DNA of 41,224 nt. It comes from an uncultured Candidatus Peribacteria bacterium. GTDB lineage: Bacteria > Patescibacteriota > Gracilibacteria > Peribacterales > Peribacteraceae. Both the position numbers and the translations under genes were made by a program. Location of the stretch: assembly GCA_964548055.1 (NCBI GenBank), contig CAZJPS010000003.1, forward strand, positions 1 through 41,224, written 5' to 3'. Positions 8,209-15,683 of this stretch are shown one piece after another; position 1 is the stretch's first letter; each line of letters begins with the position of its first letter. A model generated the notes under the pieces. The model saw only the letters and a list, made by a program, of their open reading frames with translations, made no database searches and was not told the origin of the DNA.

Positions 8209-9665
8209 AATCCCGGTGAAGAACCAGCCTGAAAAATGAGAAGTCCCTTCCGTGTAACAACGAACAGCTTGTCCCGCACGCTATCGTACAACAGTCCTCT
8301 TCCGGGCCCGCTGGTGGAATTATATGTGGTGAGTTCTGGCAACGTGAGATTGCGAATATCAGCTACTTGTACCGCCTTTATACTTGAATCTGTAGCCAAA
8401 AATGCAAAGCATTCCCCGGGATCAAGATCAATGCCTACAACACTACCACTCCCCTCATGATACCAAGGACCTGGCGAAGGAGGAGGGTTCCCAGGCCCGT
8501 TTGCAGTATTCTGCAACGTCATTTCCTGAATCGCACTCTTTTGCCTTCCTAATAAGGATGCTGTTCCAGAAATTGCAATAGACCTTGCGACATCACTTCC
8601 CGTGATATTGAAATCGGTGAGAGTGGGATACTGAAGGCTTCCCGTACTTGTAAAGGTAGCAAGTTTCATTTCGGACGCTGCATCCGCTGTTGCCAAATAC
8701 ACCCCTGTACCGCTGACTGCCACTGCATTCACCGTTGCGGTATGCTGCAAAGAAGAACGTAGAACAATGGAACCAGAATTGCTTACATCAAAGCTATACA
8801 GTTCCGCAAAAGAAGGATCGAGAGTTGCCCCTACAAATAAAAGATTTCCTTTTAATGCCATGGATGTTGCAAGGCTTGAACCTGGAAGATCGTATGTTGC
8901 CTTTAAAGCAGGTGCTGCTGGTACCGTAATATCGTAGGCACGAACTTCGCCTGCGGATGCAGATGTAACGATGTACAAAATAGATCCACGGATAGCCATC
9001 CTGTAACCATTCGCACCCAAAGCAAACCCGGCACCCACGCGCGTGGGATTTGTAAGAGAGGTGATATCAAAAATATACAACCCCGCTCCTCCGGACGTAG
9101 TATCCCCAGATACATATGCATAATTTCCTTTGAGAGCTATATCATTGAACAAAGGTGTGCCCGCATCAATGTAGCTGCCCGTAAGCGTGAGGGTGGACCA
9201 ATTCCCAATACCCCTCGCACTTCTCCAGTTTGTAAATTCAGCACTGAGTATGACACTGCCAGAACGATTCACACCGTGCTTCCATTTTGAATTTGCTACT
9301 ACCTGCACCCAATCTGTGCTCAGCGATGTAATAGTAAGAGATGTAAGATATCCTCCGCTCAAATTCGTTTTTGAGCCGCTCAGTATCCACGTGCGGCTGG
9401 GGCCAATAGCAATTCCGTGTATCCCGGGAGTGAGATTGGCAAATCCTGCATCGCGTATTGTTCTTGCTGCCTCAATGGCTTTCTCTGCGGCGGCAGTGCC
9501 ACGCACTTTATCTCCTCCCGCCACTGTATTCTGCTGGCCGTGAAGGAGTGTGAGCCCTACAGCGGAAAGAAACACGCCAAAAATAGCGATTCCAAGAAGA
9601 ACCTCGAGAAGCAGAAATCCAGGACGTCGGCCGAAAAGAGGAAACGCGGATCTGATGGGGATCAT
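8199..9665 (-). CDS. large minor pseudopilin with LVIVD-repeat (beta-propeller-like) C-terminal domain
   Basis: Prepilin N-terminus GRRPG|FLLLEVLLGIAIFGVFLSAV with E+5. The C-terminal half has several LVIVD-type repeats (GNYAYVSGDTTSGGAGLYIFDITSLTNPTRV; GSILYIVTSASAGEVRAYDITVPAAP; GNLLFVGATLDPSFAELYSFDVSN; GTGVYLATAD). Confidence 0.75.
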   Translation of the reverse strand: MIPIRSAFPLFGRRPGFLLLEVLLGIAIFGVFLSAVGLTLLHGQQNTVAGGDKVRGTAAAEKAIEAARTIRDAGFANLTPGIHGIAIGPSRTWILSGSKTNLSGGYLTSLTITSLSTDWVQVVANSKWKHGVNRSGSVILSAEFTNWRSARGIGNWSTLTLTGSYIDAGTPLFNDIALKGNYAYVSGDTTSGGAGLYIFDITSLTNPTRVGAGFALGANGYRMAIRGSILYIVTSASAGEVRAYDITVPAAPALKATYDLPGSSLATSMALKGNLLFVGATLDPSFAELYSFDVSNSGSIVLRSSLQHTATVNAVAVSGTGVYLATADAASEMKLATFTSTGSLQYPTLTDFNITGSDVARSIAISGTASLLGRQKSAIQEMTLQNTANGPGNPPPSPGPWYHEGSGSVVGIDLDPGECFAFLATDSSIKAVQVADIRNLTLPELTTYNSTSGPGRGLLYDSVRDKLFVVTRKGLLIFQAGSSPGLCQ

Positions 9666-9751
9666 CTTAGCATTTGTAAGGAATGCGAGGAAACCATGCA
9701 GCTCAAAGAAACCAAGAACTATTTCTTGGAAACCTTGAGGCTTTCTATTCT

Positions 9752-11017
9752 TTAATTGAAAGACATCAGCAGCACATCATCCTGAAAATCTGAAGATGCC
9801 GTATTGAGATCTCCAAGTTCGGATACTGCAAGTACTTCGCATGAACCGATGGTCACTTGGCCAGAGCTATTCGCCTTTCCCTTACTTACTAAATAATTCT
9901 TCAGAGAAGTTTGAGTGCCAAACCCTGGATAATTTTGAATCATATCTCCATTGCGCATCAGCAATATGTGTCCTGTTTGATCATTTGAATTATATGTTTC
10001 ATCAAAAGCGAGCCATCCATTTTGCTTATATGTACCGTGCACTCTCACAACCACCTGCTTGCCCGTTGCAACGCTCACTGTTTTTACATCCGTTCCTGTA
10101 GGACTGACTGCATTCCCATACGCATTGCCACTACCTTTACAGTTACCACTCCCTCCAAAGAGGGTCGACATGCTGGTCCCGTTATTCGTGCTGTAACACA
10201 AGTGTACGTTCACAGGAGGGCCACCAGCTCCAAATGTGATTTGTGAAAGCATGTTTGTGAAAGTGACGGTCGTGGCCGCAGTTGTATTGATTGTCTTATT
10301 CGATGCAATGGTGAACTTACAGGAAGCAGAACTACTGGCTCCTCCTCCCCCCGCAGCCGATGAGGCAACAGAGCTGCTCTGCGCAGAAGAACTATATGCA
10401 GAGGAAGCAACGCTACTTGCAACGCTACTTGTGGCACTACTTGCGGCAACGCTGCTTGCAGGACAAGATCCCATAGTTGCTCCCTGGCTTTGATAGGTGG
10501 GCCACGTGGAATCAGGAATTTGTATGGTTTCTTTTCCTCCTCCCGGGAGCGTACGGCAGATGGTAAGCGTATCTCCTTGGCTTGCAGAAATGGACTGAGT
10601 GTCCACAGCAATTTTTACTTGAATAACACGCTGATCATTATTGAGAGCACGAAGCACAATATCTCCCGTAGTATTCGGGACACCAACAACTCTTGCATAA
10701 GAAACATCTAATAATCCGGAAATAGCGATAGTGGAAGGCATGGAATACGATTCATCAAACTGCGTGTTTCTTGTTGCATACGATGTTCCTTTGTACAGCG
10801 TGCCCGATGGAACATAGAAACCCCATGCCGAATCACCTTGGCCTGTTTGCGAAAGCAACTTCGCCCTTCCAAGACCCTGCGTAACAAGCTGCGTTGCATT
10901 ATCTAAATCATTGCGAATTTGATATTCACGATAGAGGGGAATGGTGAGCGTGGTTGCCACTCCAATGATTCCAATTGTTATCAGCAGTTCCATGAGAGCA
11001 AATGCGCGACGATTCAT
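9752..11017 (-). CDS. GspH/FimT-like pseudopilin with Ser/Ala linker and unknown C-terminal domain
   Basis: MNRRA|FALMELLITIGIIGVATTLTIPLY has E+5 and is followed by a GspH-like segment (NATQLVTQGLGRAKLLS). Then come the linker SSVAASSATSSVASSVASSAYSSSAQSSSVASSAAGGGGASSS and about 195 aa that I cannot assign. Confidence 0.75.
   Translation of the reverse strand: MNRRAFALMELLITIGIIGVATTLTIPLYREYQIRNDLDNATQLVTQGLGRAKLLSQTGQGDSAWGFYVPSGTLYKGTSYATRNTQFDESYSMPSTIAISGLLDVSYARVVGVPNTTGDIVLRALNNDQRVIQVKIAVDTQSISASQGDTLTICRTLPGGGKETIQIPDSTWPTYQSQGATMGSCPASSVAASSATSSVASSVASSAYSSSAQSSSVASSAAGGGGASSSASCKFTIASNKTINTTAATTVTFTNMLSQITFGAGGPPVNVHLCYSTNNGTSMSTLFGGSGNCKGSGNAYGNAVSPTGTDVKTVSVATGKQVVVRVHGTYKQNGWLAFDETYNSNDQTGHILLMRNGDMIQNYPGFGTQTSLKNYLVSKGKANSSGQVTIGSCEVLAVSELGDLNTASSDFQDDVLLMSFN
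10407..10457. repeat. 12-nt tandem repeat (GCAACGCTACTT and variants) encoding the SSVA linker
   Basis: GCAACGCTACTT GCAACGCTACTT GTGGCACTACTT GCGGCAACGCTGCTT read on the plus strand, all inside CDS 9752..11017. Confidence 0.8.
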
Positions 11018-11061
11018 ATAGAGAAAAAGGAAAGTCCCGACTACGATGCTTAAAATTATGG

Positions 11062-11162
11062 AATTGTTATATTGTTATATTGCTAAATTGTTAGGAATTA
11101 CGTCCTAAAGCCAAAAAATCGCTTGCGTACACACTAGCAATTGAACGCTATAACAATTAATA
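11062..11162. repeat. imperfect palindrome with arms built of ATTGTTAT-type 8-mers
   Basis: Left arm AATTGTTATATTGTTATATTGCTAAATTGTTAGG; right arm CTAGCAATTGAACGCTATAACAATTAATA. The outer stem is 10 bp (AATTGTTATA/TATAACAATT) and the inner stem is 7 bp (ATTGCTA/TAGCAAT). It sits between pilC and the GspH-like gene. Confidence 0.75.
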
Positions 11163-11184
11163 CCATGAACGCAGAATTCCCCTT

Positions 11185-13230
11185 TTACTTAGCGACATTC
11201 CCCACGATTGAATAAATCGGCACAATGATCGCGAGTGCAATTGTTCCCACTAACCCTCCAATAAAGAGAAGGAGAATTGGCTCGAGAATGACAGGCAGTC
11301 TCTCCGCCGTATTGTTGGCCTTTTTTTCATAAATATCGGCAATCTTCAAAAGAATGGGGGCAAGCGAACCAGATTTTTCTCCGGTAATGACTAGCTGCTG
11401 GACTGACACAGGAAGCAATTTGCTCCCGCGCACAGCCTGAAAACTGCGCCCAAATGTGTCGCCCACAATAATGTGATCGAGCAATTTATAATACAACGCG
11501 CGATAAGAAGCGATTGGCGTTACTTCGGCAAGCGATCGCAAGGAATCTGTCAGCGGAACGCCAGCCTTCAGTAGGCCTCCTAAAATCACTCCAAAGCGTG
11601 CAATGGTGGCCTCTCGTACTAAAGATCCCACTCCTGGAATACGGAACAAAATCCATTGTGCCACCACGCTCAGTGGTGTGAATTTACACAGAATTGTAAG
11701 AAGAATGCCGCCTGCAATAAATCCTGGAATGGCAATTTTCCCATACTCCGTAAAGAATTGCGTAAAGGCAACAATAATGCGCGTCACAAGGGGCAATGGA
11801 ACATTGAGAGAAAAGAGCACCGTAATCAAATTAGGAAGCACAAACATACCGAGACCAATAATGATGACGAACATGAGCACCATTACAATGGCCGGATAGA
11901 TCATTGCCATCTTCACCTTTGATCTCAGGCCCTGATCTTTTTCCTGCTGAATGGACAGATACTCCATATTTTCTGCGAGGTTTCCAGCTTCTTCACCAAT
12001 ACGAATCAGGGCGATTGCATGCGGTGAGAAGAAGTGCTGGTCATCCATCGCTCTCCATAAGGGGCTCCCATTTTCTACTAATTCCAAGATACGGGCTAAT
12101 AGTGCACGTACAGATTTATTACGTGCCTCCGCCAATAATGTCTTAATGGAATCGATGAGTGGCAAGCCGGCATTCAGCATGGTCGCTAAATTCTGAACAA
12201 TGGCATGACGCTCCTTTCCAATCCCAAAGTATTTCAAAGCCCCCATAAAATCCGCAAAGGAGCTGTGCTCATGTTTTGGCTTTGCTTTATACACAATTTC
12301 AGTAGCCGGCTTTTCTTTTGGTGTTTCTTTTGGCTTCTCTGTTGCAACGGGTTTCGCTGCCTCTACCGGAAGAGCGGCTCCCTTCTTTTTTTCTGGAGCT
12401 TTCTCGGCTGTCTCCATACCCACGGGAGCAATTTGCTTTTGTTCATCGCGAACGGACACTCGTTTTGCAAGCCCATCTTTGTTTTCCTCGGACACTACTA
12501 AATTTTGATTCGGTAATTCAGGCTTTTTTTGCGAACGTTCCTGTCCCAGTGATTCGCCGAGCAATGAATCCAAATTCATGGGCGCCACTTCTTTTTTTGT
12601 ACTGATTTCCTTAGGCGGTGTAATAGCTAATGCGTCTGAAGAGGTCGCTTGTGGGCGGGGAGCAAAAAACAGCTGCAGTCGGCTAAAAAATCCGGGTTTT
12701 TTTGATGCATAAGAAATAACCGGAATGGGATCTGGCTTGGCCTTATTTCCAATGGCCACTTCTAATCCAGCATCAGCATGTGGCTCAATTTTTTCTGGAG
12801 CTGGTGCACTAAAAATTCGCTCTGTTACATTGTCTTCTTCCTTCCACATCTCCTTCTTTTGAGAAACCACAGCTTGTGGCTGTAGTAACGGTTTTTTGCG
12901 TGGAGCCACATGCCGTGCAGCTTGCTGAAGAGCCCTTTCTGCAATGCGCGCAGACACTTCTGCCGCAGATCTCTGGTGCTTTAGATGTACATGAGTACCA
13001 CCACGATGAGCGCGCCTGTGTTTCTTTCCAGATGCAACTCCGCTTTTTGCATGGCCCTTCATACGAAGAGTTGGCTTCTTTCTTGTGTGCAAAAAAGGAA
13101 GATACTGTCGCAGAAGATCTAATAGATCAAACTCTTGCTGCTTCTGTACTACCACAGGCATGGCGATCGGCTTCTGCATTTTTGCAGAAGCGTTCAGGGC
13201 ACTACTGTTACTTCGTTTGTTTTTTACCAT
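11185..13230 (-). CDS. pilC: type IV pilus platform protein PilC/GspF with long disordered N-terminal extension
   Basis: The C-terminal ~355 aa show the duplicated T2SSF repeat (LATMLNAGLPLIDSIKTL and LLKAGVPLTDSLRSLA) and three TM blocks. The start is ambiguous: ATG at 13230 overlaps the pilB end by 23 nt, ATG at 13179 lies after the pilB stop, and the track start at 13260 is TTG. Confidence 0.85.
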   Translation of the reverse strand: MVKNKRSNSSALNASAKMQKPIAMPVVVQKQQEFDLLDLLRQYLPFLHTRKKPTLRMKGHAKSGVASGKKHRRAHRGGTHVHLKHQRSAAEVSARIAERALQQAARHVAPRKKPLLQPQAVVSQKKEMWKEEDNVTERIFSAPAPEKIEPHADAGLEVAIGNKAKPDPIPVISYASKKPGFFSRLQLFFAPRPQATSSDALAITPPKEISTKKEVAPMNLDSLLGESLGQERSQKKPELPNQNLVVSEENKDGLAKRVSVRDEQKQIAPVGMETAEKAPEKKKGAALPVEAAKPVATEKPKETPKEKPATEIVYKAKPKHEHSSFADFMGALKYFGIGKERHAIVQNLATMLNAGLPLIDSIKTLLAEARNKSVRALLARILELVENGSPLWRAMDDQHFFSPHAIALIRIGEEAGNLAENMEYLSIQQEKDQGLRSKVKMAMIYPAIVMVLMFVIIIGLGMFVLPNLITVLFSLNVPLPLVTRIIVAFTQFFTEYGKIAIPGFIAGGILLTILCKFTPLSVVAQWILFRIPGVGSLVREATIARFGVILGGLLKAGVPLTDSLRSLAEVTPIASYRALYYKLLDHIIVGDTFGRSFQAVRGSKLLPVSVQQLVITGEKSGSLAPILLKIADIYEKKANNTAERLPVILEPILLLFIGGLVGTIALAIIVPIYSIVGNVAK

Positions 13231-15022
13231 GAGAGAAGAGGAGATCAGGAGGAGCTGCAACGCGCATGAGTTCTTCTATGGTGGTCATGCCCGTTTTTAC
13301 TTTTTCAAAACCGTCATCAAAGAGGAGTTTCAGGCCCTGACCACGTGCCGCTTGATTCAAATCGGCACTGGAGGCTCTGCGGACGATACATTCTTGAATT
13401 TCAGGAGTGACAACGAGAAGCTCGTAAATACCAACGCGTCCTCTGTAACCTGTGCTCCCACAGGTACCGCATCCTTTCCCTTTGTACAAACGGACGTCTT
13501 CTTTTGTTACAAAATATTTATCGGCTCCTGGGAAAAGCTTGTGAGCTTCTGCTAAGGGAATCGAGTAGCTGTATCTACACTGAGGACAAATACGGCGCAC
13601 CAGGCGCTGCCCAATGACTACTTCCAGTGTAGAAGCCAAAAGGAAAGGCTCCACTCCCATCTCTAAAAGACGTGGAATAGCTGTAGCTGCATCATTCGCA
13701 TGCAGCGTAGAAAAAAGCAGGTGACCTGTCAGTGCAGCATTCACGGCTATGGATGCCGTTTCACCATCGCGAATTTCTCCCACAAGGATAATGTTTGGAT
13801 CTTGGCGCACAAGAGCGCGCAATCCTTTTGCAAAGGTAAGCTCTGTTTCCGCATTTACCTGGATATGATTAATACCCGGAATTTTGTATTCTACAGGATC
13901 TTCAATGGTGGAAATGTTCACGTCGGGGTGATTGCGCATCTTCAAGAGTGCGTAGAGAGTGGTAGATTTTCCCGCACCTGTTGGACCAGTTGTAAGAATC
14001 ATTCCAAAAGGTTTGTGCGCAGCAATTTCGATGATGCGTCGGTATTCCTCTGAAAATCCAAGATCATGCAATGTGAGAGTGCGTACGTACTCGGAAAGAA
14101 GACGCAACACGATCTTTTCGCCATCTACAATCGGCACAATAGATACACGAATATCCATGGTTCCACCTTCACGTGGCTCATAACGGATTGCTCCGTCTTG
14201 AGCTGAAAAGTGTTCATCCAGGCGCATATTTGCTTCAATTTTGATGCGGTTTACAACTCCCTCGTAATACTCTTTTGGAATGCGGCCTGCTTCGTGCATC
14301 ACTCCATCTACGCGGAAGCGCACGATGACAATTTTTTCCTGCGGTTCAAAGTGAATATCAGATGCACGGAGTTCGATAGCATCGTTGAAAATTTCAGTAA
14401 TAATTTCTGGTGCAACTTTTCTCTGTTCATTAATGATGGCCTGAAAACGGGTGGCAAGTGGCTTTCTGTAGTGCACAAAGAGCCCTTCTACCACTGCACG
14501 CGGTGCATAGAGAATACTCACTTTTCCTGTGAACTGCTTGCGCTCAACTTTACTGCGCGAATGTAAAAAACTAGGCGCTGCTGCTGCTACTTTTTTCCCG
14601 ACAGCACGCTTTTTAAGCGACTCATCTTCTTTCTCAGGAAACTGCGCATTGGTCTGATCCAAATTCATTCGTACTGCCTCCTCTAAGAGTGAATTACTGG
14701 GATCGGATGTTACTACCGTCACGGAGGCGTCTGCATCTCTTTCCACAGCTACCACCATGTACGACCGGGCAATATCCTCTGGAAGAGAAGCAACTACTTC
14801 AGGAGTTGGGCTTGCCTTTTTTGTGTCATAAAAAGGCAACTTATAGTGCTCGGCAATTGCACTCTCAATGAGATCTTGGGTAAGGAGGCCCGACTCAATC
14901 AGCACGCTTTTAAATGGCACGCTTCGCTGTGCAGCCTCTTTTAGACACGTGTCTAATTCCTCCTGGCTAATATAGCTCTGATCCAGAAGCAGTTTCCCGA
15001 GATCGCTGTCTTTGAGTGGCAT
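13208..15022 (-). CDS. pilB: type IV pilus assembly ATPase PilB/GspE
   Basis: 604 aa with an N-terminal T2SSE_N-like domain, Walker A GPTGAGKST, Walker B/Asp box ILVGEIRD, His box TGHLLFSTLHAND and a tetracysteine motif CPQC...CGTC. Confidence 0.92.
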   Translation of the reverse strand: MPLKDSDLGKLLLDQSYISQEELDTCLKEAAQRSVPFKSVLIESGLLTQDLIESAIAEHYKLPFYDTKKASPTPEVVASLPEDIARSYMVVAVERDADASVTVVTSDPSNSLLEEAVRMNLDQTNAQFPEKEDESLKKRAVGKKVAAAAPSFLHSRSKVERKQFTGKVSILYAPRAVVEGLFVHYRKPLATRFQAIINEQRKVAPEIITEIFNDAIELRASDIHFEPQEKIVIVRFRVDGVMHEAGRIPKEYYEGVVNRIKIEANMRLDEHFSAQDGAIRYEPREGGTMDIRVSIVPIVDGEKIVLRLLSEYVRTLTLHDLGFSEEYRRIIEIAAHKPFGMILTTGPTGAGKSTTLYALLKMRNHPDVNISTIEDPVEYKIPGINHIQVNAETELTFAKGLRALVRQDPNIILVGEIRDGETASIAVNAALTGHLLFSTLHANDAATAIPRLLEMGVEPFLLASTLEVVIGQRLVRRICPQCRYSYSIPLAEAHKLFPGADKYFVTKEDVRLYKGKGCGTCGSTGYRGRVGIYELLVVTPEIQECIVRRASSADLNQAARGQGLKLLFDDGFEKVKTGMTTIEELMRVAAPPDLLFSHGKKQTK

Positions 15023-15134
15023 ACAGAGGTTGGAGTGTGTGTGAGATGGAGAGCAATAAACGGTAAGCGATTAGAGGTGAGCATTTCTACTATTGCTGGG
15101 TGCCGGCAAAGAGTTATGAATTTTCAAGATGCAT

Positions 15135-15545
15135 TTATAAAACAGATTTCACCTTAGCAACAATCTCTGCAATCGGCGTATTAGCTTTCACAAAATAATC
15201 TTTTACCCCAAGTGCTGTTGCCTTCGCCCTATCTTCTTCTTGGCCAAGATTACTTAATACAATTACTGGCGTTTTAATATTTTTGTCCTTCATGCCTTGC
15301 AGCAAACTAAAGCCATCCAATTCAGGCATGATGAGATCGAGTAGAATAATATTATATTTATCTGTGAGCGCTTCTTTTAAGCCCTCTCCCCCGTTCAAAC
15401 ACACGGTGACCGCATATCCTTCGTGCTTCATTTTGAGTTCCAGTGCATGTGCTAATGGTTTCTCGTCTTCGATGATGAGAACACGCTTTGAACTACCCTT
15501 AGGAGGGTCTTTTTTGGCAGTGGATGCAATATCTGCACTTGGCAT
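15135..15545 (-). CDS. stand-alone response-regulator receiver (CheY-like)
   Basis: 136 aa. It has VLIIEDEKP acidic residues, an acceptor Asp in IILLDLIMPELDG, VIVLSN, and a conserved Lys in KDYFVKA. There is no output domain. Confidence 0.85.
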   Translation of the reverse strand: MPSADIASTAKKDPPKGSSKRVLIIEDEKPLAHALELKMKHEGYAVTVCLNGGEGLKEALTDKYNIILLDLIMPELDGFSLLQGMKDKNIKTPVIVLSNLGQEEDRAKATALGVKDYFVKANTPIAEIVAKVKSVL

Positions 15546-15683
15546 GAATTTTTGAGTGGAATCATACTATTCTAGCAGAAAACGTGGCTAGAGGGAAGGA
15601 TGTGGCTGAGAAAACAGCATATGCCTCAAAAGCTCTTAAAATGGCTTTTCAGAGCCCCTTTCTCCGCTACACTGCCTTCGCCC

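Noticed and set aside
8199-11017. Diversity-generating retroelement targeting the large pseudopilins.
   Set aside because: There is no reverse transcriptase ORF in the window, and I saw no template/variable repeat pair with adenine-specific mismatches. The only internal repeats are the 12-nt SSVA units.
15546-15683. ZTP (pfl) or purine riboswitch upstream of purH.
   Set aside because: I looked for the conserved pfl elements (GACUGGCG-type and CCGCCUGGGC-type blocks) and for purine-riboswitch junction motifs. Neither is present.
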